Shown piece by piece: positions 10,240-20,768 of a stretch of 64,000 nt of DNA. Position numbers and translations under genes: made by a program. The notes under the pieces are model-generated. The model was not told the origin of the DNA. It did not search any database and saw only the letters and a list, made by a program, of their open reading frames with translations. The DNA comes from an uncultured Pelagibacteraceae bacterium. Lineage in GTDB: Bacteria > Pseudomonadota > Alphaproteobacteria > Pelagibacterales > Pelagibacteraceae. The number at the start of each line of letters is the position of its first letter. The stretch's first letter is position 1. The stretch covers positions 31,591 through 95,590 of the forward strand of contig CACKRM010000001.1 of NCBI GenBank assembly GCA_902602655.1, read 5' to 3'.

Positions 10240-10253
10240 TTAATTATTATAAA

Positions 10254-10796
10254 TTATTTATTTTTTTTTCTCCAATCTTCTGGTCTATCAAATTGATATT
10301 TCCAAATACCTAACTCTTTGTTCTTAGCATACTCTTCCCATTTTAAATATCTTTTGGAATATCTTGTGTATGCAACAGCATGTCCATATTTTACCATTAA
10401 AGCATTGATAGAATAATTTTCCCATTCATACTGTTTTTTACTTTTTGTTTCCGTTGTCGACCAAAAGTAACCTCCTCCTCCACTGCAGATGCCTAAAATT
10501 CTTTTGTATCTGTCTAAGCTTTCATACCTACAATAAACTTTTTTCTTACCTATCAATTTTTTTAATGCATCAGTTGATTCATCACCACAATTATGAGAAT
10601 TAAGTGATGTGGTACAAATTTGATTTTTTTCTGGTGCATCAATTCCAAAAAGTCTTACTTTTATATTATTTATAACTATTGTGTCACCGTCAATTACCTC
10701 TACCTGACCTTGGATAAATTTTATCTCTGTAGATATAAGACTGGTTTTAAATAAAATTAATGTACTAAATAAAATCAGACTTAGCTTTTTCATCAA
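10254..10796 (-). CDS. Thermonuclease (SNase) family protein, secreted
   Basis: Signal peptide; VIDGDT, RLFGIDAPE, DRYKR, MVKYGHA, GIW. Confidence 0.88.
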   Translation of the reverse strand: MMKKLSLILFSTLILFKTSLISTEIKFIQGQVEVIDGDTIVINNIKVRLFGIDAPEKNQICTTSLNSHNCGDESTDALKKLIGKKKVYCRYESLDRYKRILGICSGGGGYFWSTTETKSKKQYEWENYSINALMVKYGHAVAYTRYSKRYLKWEEYAKNKELGIWKYQFDRPEDWRKKNK

Positions 10797-11073
10797 AATC
10801 TTTCATTTTTTTTCTAATATCTTCCTCAGATACATTATGATCTTTTAAGTCTTCTTTGATTTTTCTGAAAACGTCTTCATCACCCGCTTCTTGAAAATCG
10901 GCTTTAATTACAGCTTGAATATATTCTTTTTCTTTCTCTTGATCATAACCAAGTTTTTGAGAAACCCACTGGCCAAGATATTTATTCCTTCTTGATGCAA
11001 CTTTGAATTTAAGTTCTTCGTCGTGTGCAAATTTTTTCTCAAAGGATTTTTTTCTTTCGTCAAATTTTTCCAT
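10765..11073 (-). CDS. DUF1476 protein (alphaproteobacterial F1Fo ATPase inhibitor zeta subunit)
   Basis: FDER...FEKKFAHDEELKFK..SRRNKYLG.W and ADFQEAGDEDVFRK resemble the Paracoccus zeta subunit. Confidence 0.85.
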   Translation of the reverse strand: MEKFDERKKSFEKKFAHDEELKFKVASRRNKYLGQWVSQKLGYDQEKEKEYIQAVIKADFQEAGDEDVFRKIKEDLKDHNVSEEDIRKKMKDFDEKAKSDFI

Positions 11074-11461
11074 TCGTAAACCTCCTATAAAAAAATATTA
11101 TAACAATAGCTAATAATGTTCCAAGTAAATTTGCAAAAAGATCTAGTAATTGAAAAGATCGATTTGGTATAATAAAATGAGATATTTCTAGGAGAATTGA
11201 CAAAGATAATAATAGAAACAAAGTTTTGCTATAGTTTTTTTCTTTTAGATAAGTGATCAGTCCTAGAGTTGTTAGATAAAAAAAAGCTATTGCATGGTTA
11301 ATAGAAGTTCCTATAGGATTCGGTATTATGTCTAATTGTTGAGCAAGATTTCCATAAAGAAAGTAGCCTATTAAACTTCCTGGGAATAAGTACAATACTA
11401 ACAAACTTATTAGAGAAATATAATATAGATAACGCACTTTAAAGAATTTTATTTCTTTCAT
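11060..11461 (-). CDS. VanZ-like membrane protein
   Basis: 4 TM; H..AF, E..H..IPNRSF...DL.AN..G. Confidence 0.8.
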   Translation of the reverse strand: MKEIKFFKVRYLYYISLISLLVLYLFPGSLIGYFLYGNLAQQLDIIPNPIGTSINHAIAFFYLTTLGLITYLKEKNYSKTLFLLLSLSILLEISHFIIPNRSFQLLDLFANLLGTLLAIVIIFFYRRFTNGKI

Positions 11462-11510
11462 TAGATTAACAATTTAATATATTGGTTATATAGATTTCAA
11501 TTAATATCAG

Positions 11511-12218
11511 ATGAGCAAACTAGTTTTAATAAGGCACGGGCAAAGTATTTGGAATTCTGAGAACCGTTTTACTGGATGGGTTGACGTTGATCTGTCCGAA
11601 AAAGGTGTCAAAGAGGCTGAAACTGCTGGTTTATTGCTAAAAAGTGAGAATATTTTATTTGATTTTTATTATACTTCTTTACTTAAAAGAGCATATAGAA
11701 CACTTGAGATAATTTTACAAAAAATTGGAGAAAAAAGAAAATTTACAAAAGCCTGGGAGCTTAATGAAAGACACTATGGAAGTTTAACTGGTTTTAACAA
11801 AGATGAGATGCGAAAAAAATTAGGTGAAAAACAATTTAAATTATACAGAAGGTCTTGGGACATTCCTCCTCCTGAGCTTGATGAAAACTCTGAATTTAGT
11901 TCTTATAAGGATCCTTTGTTTAAAGATTTAAAAGTTAATCAAATTCCAAAAACTGAATCTTTGAAAAACACTTTTGAAAGAGCTGTGCCTTTTTATTTAA
12001 ATAACATACAACCTCTTCTTAAAAATAAAAAAAATGTTTTAATAAGTGCTCATGGAAATAGTTTAAGAGCAATTTGTAAAAAAATATTTTCCATCTCAGA
12101 CAAAGACATAAACAGTCTAGAGATACCTACTGGAAACCCCATGCTTATAGAAACAGAAAATGGCACTGATATAAAAGAAAAAAAATATTTAGACTTAAAT
12201 AGAGCTAAAAAAATTTAA
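11511..12218 (+). CDS. gpmA: 2,3-bisphosphoglycerate-dependent phosphoglycerate mutase
   Basis: LIRHGQS.WN..NRFTGW.DV, LNERHYG, AHGNSLR, EIPTG. Confidence 0.95.
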   Translation: MSKLVLIRHGQSIWNSENRFTGWVDVDLSEKGVKEAETAGLLLKSENILFDFYYTSLLKRAYRTLEIILQKIGEKRKFTKAWELNERHYGSLTGFNKDEMRKKLGEKQFKLYRRSWDIPPPELDENSEFSSYKDPLFKDLKVNQIPKTESLKNTFERAVPFYLNNIQPLLKNKKNVLISAHGNSLRAICKKIFSISDKDINSLEIPTGNPMLIETENGTDIKEKKYLDLNRAKKI

Positions 12219-12904
12219 ATTTCAAAATTTTTATCTTTTAATTGTTCGTAAATTTTTAAATTTGTAGCGTGAAAAAAATTAGCATTACTTACTACTCCAA
12301 CGATATTTTTTTTGTCAATACAATTATCCCAAATTTCATTTATTGAAAAAATATCTTTCTTAACAAAATCAAATACATCGGGACTCAAAATTTGACACCC
12401 CGTAAAAATGAAGTTTTTTGACCTCGATAACTCATTTTTTTCATTAATATTGAAATCTCCTTTCAAATCAGTATCAAAACTTTTTTCTTTTTTGCAAAGT
12501 AGTAACGCGCATTTAGCCTTTTTTGAGTGAAATTCTTTTTCAAGATTAATGAAATCTTTTAAAAAGTCTTTTTGCCAAATGGTATCACTGTTTAGTACAA
12601 CAAAATTATTACCTTGAAAAAAACTCAAAGCTTTTTTTATTCCCCCTCCGGTATCAAGTAATTTTTTCTCATGAGAAATTTCAATATTAGTCTCTCTTTC
12701 TTTTTTGAAATCTTCAAACTTATCATGAAGATGATGAGTGTTAATTAAGATTTCTTCAATACCTATTTTGTGTAAAAAGCTTATTGAATAATCAATTAAG
12801 AGTTTAGATCCAATACTCAATAAGGGTTTTGGTTTTTCGTTAGTTAAAGGCAAAAGTCTTTTACCAAAACCAGCACAAAGTATCATCGCTTTTTTAATAT
12901 TCAT
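12215..12904 (-). CDS. murU: MurNAc-1-phosphate uridylyltransferase-like nucleotidyltransferase
   Basis: AMILCAGFGKRLLPLT..KPKPL, LDTGGGI, NSD; follows amgK and tsaE as in the canonical cluster. Confidence 0.78.
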   Translation of the reverse strand: MNIKKAMILCAGFGKRLLPLTNEKPKPLLSIGSKLLIDYSISFLHKIGIEEILINTHHLHDKFEDFKKERETNIEISHEKKLLDTGGGIKKALSFFQGNNFVVLNSDTIWQKDFLKDFINLEKEFHSKKAKCALLLCKKEKSFDTDLKGDFNINEKNELSRSKNFIFTGCQILSPDVFDFVKKDIFSINEIWDNCIDKKNIVGVVSNANFFHATNLKIYEQLKDKNFEI

Positions 12905-13892
12905 TTAATCTTATTTTTTTTCTAATATTTTGGTTTACAGCTTTTTTAAGTAGGTGTTTTAATTTTTGAAAAATTTTTCTTTTCATTCTCAATTCTAATA
13001 ATTTCCAAGTATAGGGTAAATACTTTAAGTAATTTGGTTTTTTATCACGTAGATACAACCTGCAAAAAATCCCCAATATTTTAAGATTTCTTTGAATAGA
13101 TAATAGCTCAAAATCATTTTTAATATTATTAATCATATTATCTTTAAATTTTCTTTTTTTGACATAATAATTAAATATTTTATTTTTTAGAGATAAATTA
13201 GTTTTGATTCTTACGTCATCTATTAACGATGCAACGTCATATAGTGGATTTCCTATGATCATATCTTGAGTGTCAATAACTCCCAAAGAACCTCTCTTAA
13301 TAATTAAATTTGAGACATGGAAATCTCTGTGTACAAGTATGCTGTTTTTAAAAAATATTTTCTTGTACAAAAAATTTAATTCTTTTTTAATAAGTTTTTT
13401 ATATTTTCGGCTTTTTACTTTTCCTTTTAAAAGTTTCAAATACCAGTCAAAAAACAAATCTGACTCTTTGTGTAATTCTCTCAAATTATATTTTTTCAAA
13501 ATATAATTTTTTTTTAAATGGAGTTTAAGACTTTTTGGGGTTTTAATTTTTTGTAGTTTTAAAATAACATCAATACATTTTTTATAAATCTTAAGTTTAT
13601 TTTTTGAGACTTTTAGTTTTTTAAACAAAATATTGTCTCCAAAATCCTCAATTTCTATCATACCCTGTGAAAAATTTTGCTTAAGAAGTTTTGGCGCTTT
13701 TATTCCTTTAGTATTTAAATATTTATTTACAGCACAATAAATTATTAGATTTCTGAGTTTATCTGTCTCAGATTTTACAACAATTGACGTTTTTTTGCCT
13801 TTATGCAATCTGTAAAATTCTCTAAAAGAAGCATCACTTTTTATTTTTTTAAGCTTAAATATCATTAATTTTAAAACCTTTCCATTCTCCAA
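12894..13892 (-). CDS. amgK: Anomeric MurNAc/GlcNAc kinase (APH family); true start probably a few codons downstream
   Basis: DASFREFYR, EDFGD, HRDFHVSNL, IDTQD, YDVASL, QRNLKILGIFCRL..RD.K. Confidence 0.82.
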   Translation of the reverse strand: MENGKVLKLMIFKLKKIKSDASFREFYRLHKGKKTSIVVKSETDKLRNLIIYCAVNKYLNTKGIKAPKLLKQNFSQGMIEIEDFGDNILFKKLKVSKNKLKIYKKCIDVILKLQKIKTPKSLKLHLKKNYILKKYNLRELHKESDLFFDWYLKLLKGKVKSRKYKKLIKKELNFLYKKIFFKNSILVHRDFHVSNLIIKRGSLGVIDTQDMIIGNPLYDVASLIDDVRIKTNLSLKNKIFNYYVKKRKFKDNMINNIKNDFELLSIQRNLKILGIFCRLYLRDKKPNYLKYLPYTWKLLELRMKRKIFQKLKHLLKKAVNQNIRKKIRLNEY

Positions 13893-14313
13893 AACCCTGA
13901 ACTTTTATTTTTCTCTCATTTTCTTTTTTTCCACTATAGTAAAATGAAATTTCTAATCTGTCTCTTACGTTTAAATTAATTATTTTTGGCCATTCAATTA
14001 TTTTAATACTCTTTTCAAGGTCATTAAAAATACCTAATTCTTTAACTTCTAGACTTTTTTTTATTCTATATAAATCATAGTGCATTATTTTTAGTTTACG
14101 TATTTTATATTCATATAAAATATTAAAAGTAGGACTTAAAACATCTGTTTTTTTAACTTTGTTTTTTTTTTGCAACTGATTTATTAAACTTCTTGTAAAA
14201 GTTGTTTTTCCAGTTCCTATTTCACCTGTCAAGAATAGGCAGTCATTATCTTGAATTTTTTTAATAATTTTTTTTGAAATTATATCTATTTGGGATAATT
14301 TATATTTTAACAT
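13855..14313 (-). CDS. tsaE: t6A biosynthesis ATPase
   Basis: GEIGTGKTTF, SPTF, HYDLYR, IEWP. Confidence 0.93.
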   Translation of the reverse strand: MLKYKLSQIDIISKKIIKKIQDNDCLFLTGEIGTGKTTFTRSLINQLQKKNKVKKTDVLSPTFNILYEYKIRKLKIMHYDLYRIKKSLEVKELGIFNDLEKSIKIIEWPKIINLNVRDRLEISFYYSGKKENERKIKVQGFGEWKGFKINDI

Positions 14314-14324
14314 TAACTACTTGG

Positions 14325-15614
14325 CTAGTAGCGATAACTATCCGGTTTGTAAGGACCTTTTGTATCAACATTAATATAATCCGCTTGATCCTTTGATAAT
14401 TTAGTAAGTTTTGCACCTACTTTTTCTAGATGAAGCATAGCAACTTTTTCATCTAAATGTTTTGGTAAAACATATACTTTATTTTCATAATTTTTAAAAT
14501 TCTTCCAAAGTTCTATTTGGGCAATAACTTGATTAGTAAAAGAGGCGCTCATCACAAAGCTTGGGTGACCAGTTGCGCATCCAAGATTTACCAATCTACC
14601 CTCAGCAAGTAGTATAATTCTTTTTTTGCTTGGGAGTTCAATTTCATGAACTTGAGGTTTTATTTCGGTCCATTTGTAGTTTTTTAACGCTTCAACTTCA
14701 ATTTCATTATCAAAATGTCCAATATTACAAAGTATAGCTCTATCCTTCATTTTTCTCATGTGATCAGCGTTTACAATAGATTTATTTCCTGTAGCAGTTA
14801 CAACTATATCAGCGTTACTTATAGCCTCATCCATTAAGACTACTTCATATCCCTCCATCGCAGCTTGTAGAGCGCAAATTGGATCTACTTCGGTTATCAT
14901 AACTCTTGCTCCACCTTGTCTTAATGATGCAGCACTACCTTTTCCAACATCTCCAAAGCCAGCAACAATAGCTGTCTTACCTGACAACATAACATCCGTT
15001 GCTCTTTTAATCCCATCCACTAAACTTTCTCTACATCCGTATAAATTATCAAATTTGGACTTTGTTACTGAGTCATTAACATTAATTGCAGGAATTAATA
15101 ATTTTTTTTCTTTTTCCATTTTTAGTAACGCTTTTATTCCAGTAGTTGTTTCTTCTGAAACCCCTTTAACCTCTTTCAATAGGTTTTTGTATTTTTTGTG
15201 CATTTCAGCTGTGAGATCTCCTCCGTCATCTAATAACAAGTTTGGTTTCCATTCTGGTTTGCCTTCTATGGTTTGTTTTACACACCACCAGTATTCATCT
15301 TCTGTTTCACCTTTCCAAGCAAACACTGGAATTCCTTTCTTAGCAATTGCAGCGGCCGCATGATCTTGTGTAGAAAAAATATTACAAGAAGACCACCTTA
15401 CCTCAGCCCCTAAATCAATAAGAGTTTCAATTAGAACAGCTGTTTGTATTGTCATATGCAAACAGCCAATTATTTTTGCTCCTTTTAAGGGAAATTTATT
15501 TTTATATTCTTTGCGCAACGCCATTAGTCCAGGCATTTCTGTTTCAGCAATAGAAATTTCTTTCCTACCAAATTCAGCTAAGTTTATATCTTTTACTTTG
15601 TAATCATTTGACAT
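14325..15614 (-). CDS. ahcY: S-adenosylhomocysteine hydrolase
   Basis: [47 protein letters not shown]; start set at ATG of MSNDYKV. Confidence 0.97.
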   Translation of the reverse strand: MSNDYKVKDINLAEFGRKEISIAETEMPGLMALRKEYKNKFPLKGAKIIGCLHMTIQTAVLIETLIDLGAEVRWSSCNIFSTQDHAAAAIAKKGIPVFAWKGETEDEYWWCVKQTIEGKPEWKPNLLLDDGGDLTAEMHKKYKNLLKEVKGVSEETTTGIKALLKMEKEKKLLIPAINVNDSVTKSKFDNLYGCRESLVDGIKRATDVMLSGKTAIVAGFGDVGKGSAASLRQGGARVMITEVDPICALQAAMEGYEVVLMDEAISNADIVVTATGNKSIVNADHMRKMKDRAILCNIGHFDNEIEVEALKNYKWTEIKPQVHEIELPSKKRIILLAEGRLVNLGCATGHPSFVMSASFTNQVIAQIELWKNFKNYENKVYVLPKHLDEKVAMLHLEKVGAKLTKLSKDQADYINVDTKGPYKPDSYRY

Positions 15615-15663
15615 GATATTTTTTTCTTTTAACAATATAATTAAATCTTATCAAGTAAAGAAG

Positions 15664-17199
15664 CTATATATATTTTGGAAGCGACACTTCTATCATTGCT
15701 CCATTCATGTTTGTTCTATTTGACGCTGATATAACGCCATTATGCAACTCTACTATGTTCTTAACTATATTTAATCCAAGGCCTGAATGTTCTCCAAAAC
15801 TTTTTGGTCTATTGCTATAAAATCTCTTAAAAATTTTTTGAACAGATTTTTCCTTAAAACCTGGACCTTGATCTAAAACTATTATCAAATAATTATCTTT
15901 TTTTTCTTTAATCTCGATATCTATTGTGCTTTTATCTGTGCTAAAAGATATGGCATTATCGAGAAGATTTGCAATTACTTGTTCTAGTCTATTTGCAATA
16001 CCTAAGACATACAAACCTTTTCCATTAACCTTTATAGATTTGATTTTTATTTCAATATCTTTATTTTGATTTGTTAAATTATATTTAAATTCTTCAACAA
16101 CATTATTAATAATAGATATTAAATCTACCTTTTCCATTTTTTCTCGAGATAACGAAGCTTCGTCTTTCAACACTTGAGAGTAGTCTGTTATTAGCCTTTC
16201 TATTCTCTCTACATCATGACTAATAATATTTAATAACTTTTCTCTTTCTTTTAAATCTTTTGTTTTGTCTATTAATTCCGAAGCCCCCTTCAATGATGCT
16301 AGAGGATTTCTTATCTCATGAGCTAAGTCTGTTGAAAAGGTTTCAGCTCTATTAGTTCTTTTTTGAAGTTCTGAAGTCATATTTTCAATTGATTTGGTTA
16401 ATTTACCAATTTCATCTTCTCTAACAAAAAATTTACTTACATCTATAGATGTATCTGCTTTTTCTTTTATAGCTTCAGTATATAAAACTAAAAACTTGAT
16501 TGGTCTAAGAATATATTTATTGAGAAATAATGAGAATATTAAAATTACCAATCCTACAGCTAGAACTGTTCTTATTATGAAATTTCTTCTCTCTTCTACA
16601 GCAATTAAAATGTCATTAGCTTGTTCTGTAACAATTATATACCCTGAATAATTTGAATTAAGCTGCACCTTTTCTAAAGTACTAACAAAAAAATTATTTT
16701 TAATTTTATTTTCGAGAACTATAGGTTTGTCTTGATATTTCATAAAAATATCTTTTCCAAAAAAAGATTTATCGTCAATATCTAAAATTTTTTCTTTTTT
16801 ACCATCTTTTACTAAATTTTGATTTCCTGCCTCACCTATTTTCTCTTCAATTATAAACTCAGACTTTGAAAAAACACTTTTATCTAAATCTAATGTATTA
16901 GTGTCTCCTATTAAATCACCTTCCAAACTATAAAATTGTACTCTATCCAAACCTTGAAAAAGAAACCTGGTTGAGAGTAAAAATTTTTGTATGCTCTGAT
17001 TATTAAACTTTACATTTAATCGATTTAAGTGGTCTTTAGTATTATTTATTATAATTATATGATTGGCTATCCTCTGCTTAACTAGATTCGGCTGAATTGC
17101 ATTTAAATATATTATTGTAAATAATCCTAATATTGAAAAAACTAAAAGGTTAAATAATAAAAATTTTTTAAGTATTGAAGCTGATTTTTTTTTCATCAA
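15664..17199 (-). CDS. chvG: Sensor histidine kinase ChvG/ExoS-like
   Basis: 2 TM, HAMP (REDEIG), [31 protein letters not shown]; adjacent to chvI. Confidence 0.85.
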   Translation of the reverse strand: MMKKKSASILKKFLLFNLLVFSILGLFTIIYLNAIQPNLVKQRIANHIIIINNTKDHLNRLNVKFNNQSIQKFLLSTRFLFQGLDRVQFYSLEGDLIGDTNTLDLDKSVFSKSEFIIEEKIGEAGNQNLVKDGKKEKILDIDDKSFFGKDIFMKYQDKPIVLENKIKNNFFVSTLEKVQLNSNYSGYIIVTEQANDILIAVEERRNFIIRTVLAVGLVILIFSLFLNKYILRPIKFLVLYTEAIKEKADTSIDVSKFFVREDEIGKLTKSIENMTSELQKRTNRAETFSTDLAHEIRNPLASLKGASELIDKTKDLKEREKLLNIISHDVERIERLITDYSQVLKDEASLSREKMEKVDLISIINNVVEEFKYNLTNQNKDIEIKIKSIKVNGKGLYVLGIANRLEQVIANLLDNAISFSTDKSTIDIEIKEKKDNYLIIVLDQGPGFKEKSVQKIFKRFYSNRPKSFGEHSGLGLNIVKNIVELHNGVISASNRTNMNGAMIEVSLPKYI

Positions 17200-17894
17200 C
17201 TAACGTTCCATCTGTAGCCACTTCCATATCTTGTTTCAATGGCTGAAAATTTATCGTCAACTCTTTTAAATTTTTTTCTTATTCTTTTAACGTGACTATC
17301 AATAGTTCTATCTTCTATTTCACTATTTTCCTTGTAAGCAATATCCATTAGCATTGCTCTTTCTTTAATTACCCCTGGTCTTTTTGCAAGTTCTTTAACA
17401 ATTAAAAATTCAGTAGTTGTTAATTTGTCAGGTAGAGCTTTTCCATTCCATTCACATTCTAATTGGGATGGATCTAGCTTAAGCTTGCCATGAACAATTA
17501 AATTTTTGGAGTCATCTGTAACTTCAGCTTTTTTTCTTAACTGTACTCTAATTCTTTCAATTAAAACTTTCATAGAAAAACCACCTGATTTTTTTACAAA
17601 ATCGTCTGCTCCAAGTTTTAATCCCAATAGTTCATCGACCTCTTCATCTTTTGAGGTTAAAAATATAATTGGTATTGACATTTTTTTTCTTACTCGTTTA
17701 AGTAATTCTTCACCATCCATACGAGGCATTTTAATATCTATAACGGCTAGGTCCGGAGGATTTCTTGTTAAGCCATTAAGTGCACTTTCTCCATCAATAT
17801 AAGTTTGAACTTTAAAACCTTCTCTTTCCAATGCTATGCTAATACCGGTCAGAATATTTCTATCATCATCAACAAGCGCTATAGTTTGAGACAT
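17196..17894 (-). CDS. chvI: Response regulator ChvI (OmpR family)
   Basis: [44 protein letters not shown]. Confidence 0.92.
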   Translation of the reverse strand: MSQTIALVDDDRNILTGISIALEREGFKVQTYIDGESALNGLTRNPPDLAVIDIKMPRMDGEELLKRVRKKMSIPIIFLTSKDEEVDELLGLKLGADDFVKKSGGFSMKVLIERIRVQLRKKAEVTDDSKNLIVHGKLKLDPSQLECEWNGKALPDKLTTTEFLIVKELAKRPGVIKERAMLMDIAYKENSEIEDRTIDSHVKRIRKKFKRVDDKFSAIETRYGSGYRWNVS

Positions 17895-17950
17895 AATGTA
17901 TTCTAATAATTATAATTAAATTGTCAAAATTTAGACCTTATTATATCAAA

Positions 17951-20722
17951 TTAATGAGCTTCACCCCAGTTATAACCAGAGTTTATATTAACCTCTAGGG
18001 GTATAGAAAATATGTGTTGGTCAGACTTAGTAACTGATGTCATTAATTCCTTTATTTTCTGTTCTACGTATTTTTTATCTTTTTCATAACATTCAAAAAT
18101 AAGTTCGTCATGTATTTGGAGAAGCATATTAGTTTTAAATCTTTCATCTGAATTTATTTTTTCATCTATTTTTATCATAGCTAACCTTATTAAATCAGCT
18201 GCCGAACCTTGTATTGGGGCATTGATAGCTGCTCTTTCTTGAAAACTTCTTACTCTAAAATTTTTATCATTTATGCCTCTTAGATGGATTCTTCTTCCAA
18301 AAATATTATTTACGTAACCCAACCTTCTACATGATGAAATCGTAGAATTCATATAAGTTTTAATCTCCGGAAATTTTTTAAAGTATGAATTTATAAAATT
18401 CAAAGCCTCATCGTTCGTAACAGATATTTGTTTTGCTAAACCATATTGTGTAATACCATAAATTATACCAAAATTAATCGCTTTAGCTTTTCTTCTTAAA
18501 TCTTCATTTACCTTTTTTTGTGGAACATCAAAAACTTGACTTGCAGTGAGACTATGTATGTCCTCGTTGTTTTTAAATGCTTTTTTAAGTTCTTTAACAT
18601 CTGCCATGTCTGCTAAAATTCTCATTTCTATCTGATTATAATCAGCTGAGATAAAAACTTTATTTTTTTCTGCAATAAATGCTTTTCTAATTTGTCTGCC
18701 GTCCTCAGACTTTATTGGGATGTTTTGCAAATTTGGATCGCTTGATGCTAGCCTACCAGTATTAGTAGCTGCTAATAAAAAAGATGTATGAACCCTTTTA
18801 GTCTTTTTATTGATGTGCTCTTGTAAAGCATCTGTGTAGGTATTTTTTAGCTTTGAAAGTTGACGCCAATCAAGTATTAGATTTGGAAATTTATGTCCTT
18901 TGAAAGCTAAATCTTCAAGCACTTTAGCAGCTGTAGCTAGGCCACCTTTTTTAGTTTTTTTAAGTTTAGCTATTTTAAGTTCATTATAAATAATTTCTCC
19001 GATTTGCTTTGGTGATCCAATATTAAATTGTTTTCCGGCCAAATTGTAGATTTCTTTTTCAATTTTCTTTATCTTACTCTCAAATTTTTTTGATAAATCT
19101 TTGAGATATTTTTCATCTACCAAAATACCTTTGTTTTCTAATTTTGATAACAACTTGATCATGGGTTTTTCAAAAAAATCATAAACTTTGTTTAATTTTT
19201 CATTATCAAGTCTTCTTTTTAAATATTTAAAAATTCTTAAAGTTACATCAGCATCTTCCCCGGCATATTTTGTTGCTTCTTCCAAACTTACATCTGAAAA
19301 ATTTATTTTATCTTTTCCTGAACCGGTCAAATCTTTATAAGAAATTGTTTTATGATTTAAGTGAATTTCACTGAGAGTATCTAAATTATGTCTGTTTATA
19401 CCTGCATCTAAGGTGTATGACATAAGCATAGTGTCTTCGAGTGGTTCTATATCGATTCCGTTTCTTTTCAAAATGGTATAATCAAATTTGATATTCTGTC
19501 CCACTTTTTTTATACTTTTATCTTCTAAAATTGGTTTTATTGCTTTTAATATAATTTCTTTACTTAACTCTGATTTTGTTTTGTGTTTTAAAGGTATGTA
19601 GCAAGCTTTGTTAGCCTCATAACTAAAAGAAACGCCTACTAAATCTGCTTCCAAGGGGTTTAGTGATGAAGTTTCTGTATCTATAGAAATTACAGAATTC
19701 TCATTTAATTTTTTAACCCAAAAATCTAATTGTTTTTTGTTTAAAATACATTCATATTTTTTAACATCAATTTTTTCATTTTCTTCTTTATTCTTCAATT
19801 TGCTAGTGTTTTTCAAATCAATTTCACCGTAAAAACTAATAGCCTGACTTAAAAGTCTATTAAATTCCATGTCTTTAAGAAAATTATAAAGTTTATTTTT
19901 ATCTATGTTCTTCAAGATAAAACTCTCAAGCTTTTCTTTGATTGGAACATCTTTTTTAAGAGTAACCAATTTTTTACTTAAAATTGCTTTTTCTTGATTA
20001 TTTATTAATGATTCTTTTCGTTTTTTTTGTTTTATTTGATTAGCGTTTTTTAAAACTTGATCTAAAGTTTTATATTTATTAATTAACTCAGCAGCAGTTT
20101 TGGGCCCGATCCCAGGTACTCCAGGCACATTGTCCGATGAATCTCCTATTAAAGACTGAACATCAATTACTTGATCTGGTTTAACTCCAAATTTTTCAAA
20201 AACTTCTTTTTCGCCTAAAACTTTATTTTTCATTGGATCGTAAAGTCTTATTTTGTCAGAAACTAATTGCATCAAATCTTTGTCGGAAGAAATGATTGTT
20301 ACTTTTCCTCCTTCCTCAATAATTTTCTTAGAATAAGTTGCAATCAAATCATCTGCTTCATAATTAATTAATTCTATGGAAGGCAAATTAAAAGCATCAA
20401 CAGATTTTCTTATATATTCAAACTGTGGTACCAAATCTTCAGGTGCCTCGGACCTATTGGCTTTATAATCTTTGTAAATTTCATTTCTAAAATTTTTTCT
20501 TGCTGAATCAAAAATTACAGCAAAGTGTGTAGGTTTATGTTCTGAATCATCAGATCTTGAATCTTCTAAAAGTTTAAAGAGCATTGAACAAAATCCACTA
20601 ACAGCACCTGTAGGCAAACCATCACTTTTTCTTGAGAGTGGAGGTAAAGCGTAATAAGCTCTGAATATGTATCCCGAACCATCAATTAGATAAAAGTGGT
20701 CAGTTTCTTTTAAATTACCCAT
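17951..20722 (-). CDS. polA: DNA polymerase I
   Basis: LIDGSGYIFRAYYA, DTET, TGRLASSDPNLQNIP, ADYNQIEMR, KAINFGIIYG, LQIHDEL; start moved to ATG of MGNLK. Confidence 0.97.
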   Translation of the reverse strand: MGNLKETDHFYLIDGSGYIFRAYYALPPLSRKSDGLPTGAVSGFCSMLFKLLEDSRSDDSEHKPTHFAVIFDSARKNFRNEIYKDYKANRSEAPEDLVPQFEYIRKSVDAFNLPSIELINYEADDLIATYSKKIIEEGGKVTIISSDKDLMQLVSDKIRLYDPMKNKVLGEKEVFEKFGVKPDQVIDVQSLIGDSSDNVPGVPGIGPKTAAELINKYKTLDQVLKNANQIKQKKRKESLINNQEKAILSKKLVTLKKDVPIKEKLESFILKNIDKNKLYNFLKDMEFNRLLSQAISFYGEIDLKNTSKLKNKEENEKIDVKKYECILNKKQLDFWVKKLNENSVISIDTETSSLNPLEADLVGVSFSYEANKACYIPLKHKTKSELSKEIILKAIKPILEDKSIKKVGQNIKFDYTILKRNGIDIEPLEDTMLMSYTLDAGINRHNLDTLSEIHLNHKTISYKDLTGSGKDKINFSDVSLEEATKYAGEDADVTLRIFKYLKRRLDNEKLNKVYDFFEKPMIKLLSKLENKGILVDEKYLKDLSKKFESKIKKIEKEIYNLAGKQFNIGSPKQIGEIIYNELKIAKLKKTKKGGLATAAKVLEDLAFKGHKFPNLILDWRQLSKLKNTYTDALQEHINKKTKRVHTSFLLAATNTGRLASSDPNLQNIPIKSEDGRQIRKAFIAEKNKVFISADYNQIEMRILADMADVKELKKAFKNNEDIHSLTASQVFDVPQKKVNEDLRRKAKAINFGIIYGITQYGLAKQISVTNDEALNFINSYFKKFPEIKTYMNSTISSCRRLGYVNNIFGRRIHLRGINDKNFRVRSFQERAAINAPIQGSAADLIRLAMIKIDEKINSDERFKTNMLLQIHDELIFECYEKDKKYVEQKIKELMTSVTKSDQHIFSIPLEVNINSGYNWGEAH

Positions 20723-20768
20723 TAATTTATAATACCTTAATTTTTTTCGTGTTATAATTAAATTTACT

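Noticed and set aside
15615-15663. SAH/SAM riboswitch upstream of ahcY (or metK)
   Set aside because: Gap is too short and unstructured; the metK start overlaps the lnt stop
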